Shown: in pieces, positions 56,595 through 64,000 of the stretch
Position numbering within the stretch: the stretch's first letter is position 1
How the letters are laid out: each line of letters opens with the position of its first letter
NCBI GenBank assembly: GCA_000999025.1
Contig: LCFM01000005.1
Coordinates: 7,087-71,086, forward strand
DNA length: 64,000 nt
Source: Parcubacteria group bacterium GW2011_GWA2_43_13
Lineage (GTDB): Bacteria > Patescibacteriota > Patescibacteriia > UBA9629 > GWA2-43-13
Reading direction: 5' to 3'
Program-made: the position numbers and the translations under genes
Notes under the pieces: model-generated
Databases searched by the model: none
What the model saw: only the letters and a program-made list of their open reading frames with translations
Told to the model about the DNA's origin: nothing

Positions 56595-57439
56595 ATAATC
56601 ATCATACAATAGAGGAAAAGGTCATGAAAGAAATAAAAAAAGGGAGCGTAAAATTGCGCTCGCGGTATCTTTTTCTTGTTGAAAAATGTGGCATGGGAAG
56701 CGCGCTGACGTTATCGGTATTATTGGCTATTTTATTTTGTTCTCTTGTGTTGTTATATCTTACATCGTCTGATAATCTCGGCTATTTAACATTTGGCAAC
56801 AGCGGGGTATCTGCATTTTTGGAGTCATTCCCATTTTTGTTAATGGCCATGCTTGTTTTATTGATGTTTATAGCTGGAATTTTGATAAAAAAGAGTGATA
56901 TTTCATATAAAAGACCATTTGGGTATTATGCGCTCGGGCTGGTTGGGATTGTTGTGGTTGCCGGCGTGCTGGTGTCAGCGACAAGTATTGATGAGCGAAT
57001 TGAAGATGAAGCATATGGCACGCATGTTCCGGGAATATTGTTTCGGCCCTTTTTGATGCAAGGGGTTGATGACCGGCAGAGAGGGGTTGTGGGAAGAGTC
57101 ATTGAAGTGGGGGATGGATATATTCGCATCCAAACGCCACAAACTGTTAAAGAAGTTGATGTGCGCACGCTTCAAACACGCATGTCAGAACCGCTTATAG
57201 AAGGGTTGTTTGTGATGGCCATTGGAGAGGGGAATGCGGATGCGTTTACAGCGAAAGACATTCGTACTATCGGGTCCATGGATATGCCAATGATTCGAAG
57301 GGGAGTGCATCGCCATTTTGGGTTTTTTATGGGATTCCCCATCAAACCGGAAGATGAGGTGTGTTTACGCGATTGTATTCAAGAACAAACAGATCGCCAA
57401 AAATGTCGAGAACTGTGTCTTAATAGCATACTGAAATAA
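56591..57439 (+). CDS. Probable membrane anti-sigma factor (3 TM plus OB-like C-domain)
   Basis: ATGA-coupled to the sigma gene, hydrophobic segments, Cys-containing tail. Confidence 0.6.
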   Translation: MNNHHTIEEKVMKEIKKGSVKLRSRYLFLVEKCGMGSALTLSVLLAILFCSLVLLYLTSSDNLGYLTFGNSGVSAFLESFPFLLMAMLVLLMFIAGILIKKSDISYKRPFGYYALGLVGIVVVAGVLVSATSIDERIEDEAYGTHVPGILFRPFLMQGVDDRQRGVVGRVIEVGDGYIRIQTPQTVKEVDVRTLQTRMSEPLIEGLFVMAIGEGNADAFTAKDIRTIGSMDMPMIRRGVHRHFGFFMGFPIKPEDEVCLRDCIQEQTDRQKCRELCLNSILK

Positions 57440-57565
57440 CGAATGAATTGTAATTGTAGTATAGAGTGAAGGATCCTGAACATTTTAACGCTACAAAAAG
57501 ACCTGTCTCTGAAAATGTTGCGTAGGACATCCTCTTTAGGGACAGGTCTTTGAACCTATGAATCT

Positions 57566-58000
57566 ATGCAGAAGAAGTATTTTTTCATTATTCCGTTATT
57601 GGGAATGTTAACATTAGGCGGAGTCAGTACAGTATTTGCTCGTGGTGGCTGGGGAATGATGGGTGTTGGTGATCCTGACACTGTGGCGCAACATTGGTCA
57701 GAGCAGATCGCTCAACACGCATCGGTGTTAGGTATTTCATCTGATGAGATGAAAACCTACTGGGCGCAAGGGAAAACCTTGTGGGATATTGCCAAAGAGA
57801 AAGGAATTGTTGATGCTGATTTGCAAACGCGTTTGAAAGCGCAAAAAGAAGAACAATTGAAAGAATCATTACAGACGCTTGTTGACAAAGGAGTGATTAC
57901 TCAAGCGCAGGCAGATGCGCGGCTACAGTTTATGAAAGAGAATACTGGGAAGTTTCCTGCCGGCAGAATAGGGCGGCATGGGATGAGAATGATGTGGTAA
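57566..58000 (+). CDS. Secreted helical protein (YckD-like), Gly/Met-rich ends
   Basis: Signal peptide, GKTLWDIAKEKGI, LVDKGVITQAQAD. Confidence 0.75.
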   Translation: MQKKYFFIIPLLGMLTLGGVSTVFARGGWGMMGVGDPDTVAQHWSEQIAQHASVLGISSDEMKTYWAQGKTLWDIAKEKGIVDADLQTRLKAQKEEQLKESLQTLVDKGVITQAQADARLQFMKENTGKFPAGRIGRHGMRMMW

Positions 58001-58090
58001 TGAATAAAGTTGTAAAGATAAAAAGCAGGTGGTTTTCCCCTGCTTTTTATTATGAGAAAAAAACGAACTCTCACGGTTGCGCGAGAGAGG

Positions 58091-58588
58091 TTAGTTGCCG
58101 TTGATGAGTTTCCATCCCCAGCGTATCGGATAGATGAGCAGATATATCTTGACAATAGAGCCAAGGCACACCGCTCCGATGGCGCATGGCTTTGGGTACA
58201 GCACGCATCGGGCTATGCCGATTTTTTTGGTGAGAGGAAGAAATCCGTACACCGCCAAGATGGTGTGATATTTTATTTCATAACACAACCATCTCAAACC
58301 TTGGTGGTTGGATACCCCTCTATGCTTTAAGAGGCGCACAAGCTCTTTGCCTATCTTAAAGCGTTCGAGGAAAGCCCTTCCTCCAGCATGATTGAGGAGA
58401 GTTACGAGTGAAAAAACCATGCCCACTGCATAAATGATCTGCACAAGAGATATCATAAGAAAGGCAGGCAGAGCTTTGGTTAAGAAGCCCGCGGCCGTGG
58501 CAATAACCTCTATCGGAGGAATTCCTATGATAAAGCAGGTGAGAAAGACGAACATTGCAATCACAACCCTTGTGTCTTCGCGCAACAT
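58091..58588 (-). CDS. Hypothetical membrane protein
   Basis: Several hydrophobic segments; terminator at 58021-58047 downstream. Confidence 0.5.
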   Translation of the reverse strand: MLREDTRVVIAMFVFLTCFIIGIPPIEVIATAAGFLTKALPAFLMISLVQIIYAVGMVFSLVTLLNHAGGRAFLERFKIGKELVRLLKHRGVSNHQGLRWLCYEIKYHTILAVYGFLPLTKKIGIARCVLYPKPCAIGAVCLGSIVKIYLLIYPIRWGWKLINGN

Positions 58589-58766
58589 GTCAGGCCTCTT
58601 TCTGCGCGTTGGAGAAAGGGAAAGGCATTGTTTGTGTACAGTGTTTTGGAAAGTGTGCCAATGATGACATTGCAAAAATAGGGCGCTCATATATGATATA
58701 TATATAGAGATTATTAAGGTGTTTTTAATAAGCCGCACAGTGGCTTATTAAATGTATGTCAACGCT

Positions 58767-59119
58767 ATGGAAATAGAATCTTTTTCTCATCATGAAAGCG
58801 AACAGAGCTTATGGGAAACATTTGAGGGGTTTTGCGAACATATCCGCGCGTTGGTGAAACAATAACAGGAACAACATAATATTTCTGAAGATCTCATGCG
58901 CGTGAATGCTGATAAACTCACAGATGCGGATTGGAAGATTTTTTCGGCAATTAAAAATGGAACGCTTACAATTGAGCAGTTTGATGAATATGAGGAGTCC
59001 CTTGTCAGTAATCATGGGAATGGAGATGCCGGATTGGCGCTTTTATTCGAAATATGGCAAATCCTCTTATAGCACGTTTATACGAACAGAGGGCTCAAGA
59101 ATTCGGGCTTGATTTTTAA
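58767..59119 (+). pseudogene. Degraded hypothetical gene (in-frame TAA at 58863, probable later frameshift)
   Basis: MEIESFSHHESEQSLWETFEGFCEHIRALVKQ*QEQHNISEDLMRVNADKLTDADWKIF.. continues protein-like past the stop. Confidence 0.45.
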
Positions 59120-59133
59120 TTGAAAAATACTCT

Positions 59134-59940
59134 ATGACACCGGAATCACATATACATAACCCAGAACAAGAGCAGGAACCACTATCAGCTGAAAATGTGG
59201 TGAGTCGGATGGAGCAAAGATTGGAGGTCCTTCACACATGGGTTGATAAGAATTCTGCTCAAAGCGTTGATTTTTCAGGATTTGATTTTAGAGGGCGAAC
59301 ATTACAAAAGATATATTTTCCCGGAGCGCGATTGTGCGATGCGAATTTTTCAGGCATGTCTTTACATTCTCCGGAATTTCAAGACGCTGATTTGAAAAGG
59401 GCATTATTCGTTGGAGCAATAATTGAAGGGCATGATTGGTCTCGATCAGATCTTCGTGGTGCCAATTTTACTCATGCAATATTCCTTCATATTCCTAAAA
59501 TGGAAAATGCGTTGTTTGATGATGATACAACATTTCCAGAAGGGTTTGATGATTCGTTACTTTTGAGAGTGAAAGATGGTTGTCTTTTTTCATATGATCC
59601 AAAGAACAGAGTTTGGCAAAAAAACATATTTGAAAACAGAAAATTATCCTGTATGGATTTTGCGGGGTTAGATTTACAAGGGGCGGTTTTTCGTAAGAGC
59701 AACTTTGGGGAGAGTGTTGTCAGTGACGCTGATTTTAGAAAAGTGCACAGCATTCAAGGTGCAAAGTTTTTCGAAACGCGCATGTTTGGTGCTCATTTTG
59801 AAGGAGTTGATGTTTCTGGGTGTGATTTTTCTTCTTCAAAATATTTAGAAGGTGCCCACTTTGATGGAGCGCGGTATGATGATTCTACGCTATTCCCTCA
59901 AGGATTTGTGCCGGAAGAGCATGGGATGGTACGCAAGTGA
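59134..59940 (+). CDS. Pentapeptide repeat protein with two duplicated modules
   Basis: ADLKRALF/SDLRGANF repeats; modules end in ALFDDDTTFPEGF and ARYDDSTLFPQGF. Confidence 0.85.
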   Translation: MTPESHIHNPEQEQEPLSAENVVSRMEQRLEVLHTWVDKNSAQSVDFSGFDFRGRTLQKIYFPGARLCDANFSGMSLHSPEFQDADLKRALFVGAIIEGHDWSRSDLRGANFTHAIFLHIPKMENALFDDDTTFPEGFDDSLLLRVKDGCLFSYDPKNRVWQKNIFENRKLSCMDFAGLDLQGAVFRKSNFGESVVSDADFRKVHSIQGAKFFETRMFGAHFEGVDVSGCDFSSSKYLEGAHFDGARYDDSTLFPQGFVPEEHGMVRK

Positions 59941-60024
59941 AGAATGTATAAACCAATACATCGAAGAACACGTGTCCATACGTTCATCGGTTCGTGGGTT
60001 TATAGGTTTATTAGTCATCAGCGT

Positions 60025-61353
60025 ATGTTTTATAGTATTCGAAAAATTATTCCTCACGCGTGTATTAGGTGGTATCACCTGTTTTTGGCAGTGTGCGCGA
60101 ATGTGTGGTATCGGTTCCCATCGCAGGAGTTGGTTGTGATCGGCGTAACCGGCACAAACGGGAAAACAACCACATGCCATATGATTGCAGATATGATTGA
60201 ACACGCAGGCGTGAAAGTTGGATTGACAAGTACGATTGAGTTTAGGATTGCGGATACACGATGGGTGAATGATACCAAGCAGGGGATGCAGGGACGATTC
60301 CGTTTGCAAAAATTATTGCGTCGCATGGTGAAAGCGGGGTGTCGCGTCGCTGTGATAGAAACAACATCAGAAGGGATTTCCCAGTATCGGCATTGGGGGA
60401 TTGAGTACAGTATTGGAGTATTGACAAATTTAACCCCTGAACATATTGAATCGCATGGATCTTTTGAGCAATATAAAAAAGCAAAAGGGATGCTTTTTTT
60501 TACTCTGAAACGAAAAAAGAAAAAACAATTTGAAGATGTTATTCCGACATCCATTATCAATACCGACAGTCCTCATGCTGATTACTTTTTAAGTATTCCT
60601 GTTGAGCGCAGGTGGTGTTACGGTTTGAAAGGAGGGCACTGTTTTGCGACTGAAGATCAGTGCGAGAAAAAATGTACAGCCGAGATTACAGAAATGCATT
60701 TTCATGGGATTGAATGCGTGCTGAACGGAATGCCTGTGAACCTTGCTCTTTCTGGTCGTATGAATGTGTATAACGCGCTTGCCGCATGGTGCGTAGGCGA
60801 AGCGCTTGATATTTCAGTTGAAGATAGAAAAAAAGCATTAGAAAAAATGACGCGGGTTGCGGGAAGAATGGAAAAGATAGAGCATAATGGCATAACAGTG
60901 GTTGTTGATTATGCCCACGACCCGGCGGCATTAGAACAGGTGTATGAAACATTGTCCGCAATCAAAGTGCCAAGCGCGCGGCTGATTGGGGTTTTTGGAG
61001 CGACAGGCGGGGGACGGGATCATTCAAAACGACCGGTTATGGGAAAGCTTGCCGCGGCGTATTGTGACGCAATTGTAATTTGTAACGATGATCCGTATGA
61101 TGAGGATCCGCAGTCCATTATGAGTGCCATTGAAAGTGGAGTGAAAGAAAAAGGGCGGCATGTGAAAGATGAAACATACTGGATAATAGAAGACAGAAGG
61201 AAAGCGATCAAAAAAGCAATTGAATTCGCCCGATCCGGCGATATTATCGCTTTGACTGGCAAGGGGGCTGAAGAGTGTATTGTTTTAGCCGACGGTAAGC
61301 AGAAATGGAATGACAAGAACGTGGTAGAGGAGTTATTTTTGTTGTGTGGATAA
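60025..61353 (+). CDS. murE: UDP-N-acetylmuramoyl-dipeptide amino-acid ligase MurE
   Basis: GVTGTNGKTTT, TNLTPEHIESH, GRME, VDYAH, GATGGGRD, TGKGAE. Confidence 0.9.
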   Translation: MFYSIRKIIPHACIRWYHLFLAVCANVWYRFPSQELVVIGVTGTNGKTTTCHMIADMIEHAGVKVGLTSTIEFRIADTRWVNDTKQGMQGRFRLQKLLRRMVKAGCRVAVIETTSEGISQYRHWGIEYSIGVLTNLTPEHIESHGSFEQYKKAKGMLFFTLKRKKKKQFEDVIPTSIINTDSPHADYFLSIPVERRWCYGLKGGHCFATEDQCEKKCTAEITEMHFHGIECVLNGMPVNLALSGRMNVYNALAAWCVGEALDISVEDRKKALEKMTRVAGRMEKIEHNGITVVVDYAHDPAALEQVYETLSAIKVPSARLIGVFGATGGGRDHSKRPVMGKLAAAYCDAIVICNDDPYDEDPQSIMSAIESGVKEKGRHVKDETYWIIEDRRKAIKKAIEFARSGDIIALTGKGAEECIVLADGKQKWNDKNVVEELFLLCG

Positions 61354-61513
61354 ATCGCTTGACTGGTTTTTTGAACCATATTTATTTGTCCACAGAATGG
61401 GGTGTTTATGTTGAATTTTGCTCTATAAAGCCATTTTATTGCTATTGACAAATAGACAACGGTTGTTTCTTGACAGGCGTCTGTGATGATGGTAGGATAA
61501 AAGGTGAGTTTAA

Positions 61514-61669
61514 ATGGTTTCTATGTATACGGAGAGAGATGTTGTGACCCTTCTCCGTCATTTTTTTCCGAGCAACATTGATTCTTCTCTGGCCGCATGC
61601 CTGCGCCGGAGTGGAATACCGTGGTACCATGCCCTTCAACAAAGCAGGAAAGAAAGACAATTAAAATGA
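61514..61669 (+). CDS. Possible 51-aa small ORF upstream of rpoB
   Basis: Promoter TTGACA-17-TAGGAT (61470-61498), SD-like AAGGTGAG, MVSMYTERDVVTLLRHFFPSNIDSSLAACLRRSGIPWYHALQQSRKERQLK*. Confidence 0.3.
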   Translation: MVSMYTERDVVTLLRHFFPSNIDSSLAACLRRSGIPWYHALQQSRKERQLK

Positions 61670-61730
61670 TAACTCTTTTGCGTTGAAAGGGTATTTTTGT
61701 GTTTTTTGACTTTTGTTTAATGTATATTCT

Positions 61731-64000
61731 ATGCCCCATTTGATGCGCGCTGACCGGAAATATTTTACAACAGTGCATGAAGCGACTCCGCTTCCTGACT
61801 TGATTGAAATCCAAAAATCATCATATGCATGGTTTTTTAAAGAAGGGTTAAAAGAATTGATTGAAGAATTTAACCCTATTACTGATTTTATCGGTCGCGA
61901 TCTTGAGTTGCAGTTTGGGGAGTATGTATTAGATGAACCAAAGTTTGACGAGGTGACTGCGAAAGAAAAAAATGTTACCTATGAGTCAGCATTGCGCGTA
62001 AAGACAACATTGCATAATAAACGGAGCGGTGAAATGAAGGAGCAGGAGATTTATCTTGGCGATTTTCCTGTTATGACTCCGCGCGGCACATTTATTATCA
62101 ATGGTATTGAACGCGTTGTTGTATCCCAGCTTATTCGTTCTGCTGGCGTTTTTTTTACATCAGAATATGTGCGCGGGAAAAAAGTATACGGAGCAAAAAT
62201 TATTCCGAATCGAGGCGCATGGCTTGAAATTGAAACAGATGCCAATGGTGTTATTTGGGTGAAAATTGATAGAAAAAGAAAAGTCGCGATTACATCGCTT
62301 TTACGGGCGTTTGGATATGGGAGCAATGAAGAGTTAAAGGAATTATTTAAGCAGACCGATACCCAGGTAGATGCAAGTTACATTGATGCGACTATTGCGA
62401 AAGATAGTTCTCATGATATTAATACTGCTTTGCAAGAAGTGTATAAGCGTATCCGGCCTGGTGATTTAGCAACGCCTGAAAATGCGAAGTCACTGATTTA
62501 CGCAATGTTTTTTAATTTTGATCGGTATGATTTTGGCAAAGTCGGGCGGTATAAATTGAATCAAAAATTTGGTCTGACGGTTGAAAATACAAAAGAGAAC
62601 AGGATTTTGCGCAAAGATGATTTGGTGGCGATTATCAGCGAAGTGATTCGGTTGAACAATTCTCAAGAAGAACCTGATGATGTTGATCATTTGGGTAATC
62701 GACGTGTTCGCACGATAGGTGAATTGTTGCAGAATAAACTTCGGGTTGGATTTTCACGCATGGAACGCATTGTGAAAGATAGAATGAGCACATTGGATAT
62801 TACCACCATTACGCCGAATCAATTGGTGAATGCGCGACCGGTTATGGGAGTTGTGAAAGAATTTTTTATGTCTTCGCAATTATCCCAGTTTATGGATCAA
62901 ACAAATCCATTAGCTGAATTGGAGCATAAACGAAGATTATCCGCGATGGGGCCTGGCGGGCTTTCGCGTGAACGTGCAGGGTTTGATGTCCGCGATGTGC
63001 ATCGCACTCATTATGGAAGAATCTGTCCGATTGCAACGCCAGAAGGTCCGAATATTGGATTAGTAGGGCATTTGGCAAGTTACGCCCGAGTGAATGAGTA
63101 TGGATTTATAGAGACCTCTTTTGTGAAAGTAAAAAATAAAGCAAAGAACGATGGGAAAGACGCAACGGGTGAGCGGGTTCGTGAGGATATGAAAGATGCT
63201 CAGGGAAAGGTTTTAGTGAAAGCGGGAGAATCCATTTCAGAAGAGCAAGCTCGTATGCTGGTGTCGGCGTATCCGGCAGATACGATCCCGTTGAAAGCAC
63301 GGGTAACTGGCGAGGTTATTTATATTGACGCGTTTACCGAAGAAAAAGGCGTTACCGCTCCTGCCACGACTCCGATTGGCGAGGATGGGTATTTTATTAA
63401 TGAAAAAGCTGAAATGCGTGTTCATTCACAACCGACATACGATTATACATGGAGAATTGATTACCTTGATGTCGCGCCGAATCAAATTGTAAGTATCGCA
63501 ACGTCTTTGATCCCGTTTTTGGAACATGACGATGCTGTTCGTGCGCTGATGGGAACAAACATGCAACGTCAGGCAGTTGCGTGCGTTAACCCGCAGGCGC
63601 CGGTTGTTGGTACTGGCGTGGAACGGCGCGCGGCTATTGATTCCGGACATGTGATTGTTGCGGAAAGCGATGGGGATATTGCTGAAGTTGATGGGAGTCA
63701 CATCACCCTTGTTACAAAAAAAGGCCAGCAGATTCGGTATTCTTTAGGAAAGTTTGTTCGTTCTAATGCTTCAACATGCATGAATCAGCGGCCGATTGTT
63801 GATGTCGGGCAAAAAGTAAAAAAGGGTGATCCTTTGTGCGATGGCGCGGCTATTGATCACGGCGAATTGGCCCTTGGTCAAAATGTATTGGTTGCGTATA
63901 TGCCGTGGGAAGGTGGCAATTACGAAGATGCTGTGCTGATTTCAGAACGCATTGTTGAGCATGATCGCTATACATCAATTCATATTAAAGATTATCAAAT
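61731..64000 (+). CDS. rpoB: RNA polymerase beta subunit, partial (runs off the right edge)
   Basis: LPDLIEIQKSSY, GTFIINGIERVVVSQ, SQFMDQTNPLAELEHKRRLSAMGPGG, TPEGPNIGL, GELALGQN. Confidence 0.98.
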   Translation, partial: MPHLMRADRKYFTTVHEATPLPDLIEIQKSSYAWFFKEGLKELIEEFNPITDFIGRDLELQFGEYVLDEPKFDEVTAKEKNVTYESALRVKTTLHNKRSGEMKEQEIYLGDFPVMTPRGTFIINGIERVVVSQLIRSAGVFFTSEYVRGKKVYGAKIIPNRGAWLEIETDANGVIWVKIDRKRKVAITSLLRAFGYGSNEELKELFKQTDTQVDASYIDATIAKDSSHDINTALQEVYKRIRPGDLATPENAKSLIYAMFFNFDRYDFGKVGRYKLNQKFGLTVENTKENRILRKDDLVAIISEVIRLNNSQEEPDDVDHLGNRRVRTIGELLQNKLRVGFSRMERIVKDRMSTLDITTITPNQLVNARPVMGVVKEFFMSSQLSQFMDQTNPLAELEHKRRLSAMGPGGLSRERAGFDVRDVHRTHYGRICPIATPEGPNIGLVGHLASYARVNEYGFIETSFVKVKNKAKNDGKDATGERVREDMKDAQGKVLVKAGESISEEQARMLVSAYPADTIPLKARVTGEVIYIDAFTEEKGVTAPATTPIGEDGYFINEKAEMRVHSQPTYDYTWRIDYLDVAPNQIVSIATSLIPFLEHDDAVRALMGTNMQRQAVACVNPQAPVVGTGVERRAAIDSGHVIVAESDGDIAEVDGSHITLVTKKGQQIRYSLGKFVRSNASTCMNQRPIVDVGQKVKKGDPLCDGAAIDHGELALGQNVLVAYMPWEGGNYEDAVLISERIVEHDRYTSIHIKDYQ

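Overview
64-kb core-chromosome segment of a Patescibacteria (CPR) genome. The Parcubacteria/ABY1-like assignment is inferred from 16S signatures (GTGCCAGCAGCAGCGG, GGGAGGCTGCAG) and gene content. It carries dnaA, valS, polA, uvrB, ruvA/B, smc, rnc, nusB, rpsP, rpsT, rpmF, trmD, tsaD, queA, truB, murE and the start of rpoB. It also has 8 tRNAs, a type IV pilin cluster, surface-glycan genes, a Gld-like ABC exporter with a broken ATPase and an ECF sigma module. A stand-alone 16S rRNA gene is interrupted after position 1396 by a group II (IIC-like) intron that encodes a LAGLIDADG endonuclease rather than an RT. Two layers are not explained by the ORF track. (1) At least four families of short palindromic elements (GTAGAGACG..CGTCTCTAC, CCCTCTCC..GGAGAGGG, TCCGCC..GGCGGA, GCAATCCTAA..TTAGGATTGC), plus 7/8-mer tandem arrays. 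They are often nested inside each other and inserted in frame into housekeeping and membrane proteins, and one copy supplies the stop codons of two convergent genes. (2) Three structured non-coding RNA candidates with their own predicted promoters: a 6S-like rod, an RNA exposing three UCCAUC repeats, and a 110-nt G-U-rich rod. All coordinates were read by eye; no searches or folding programs were run.
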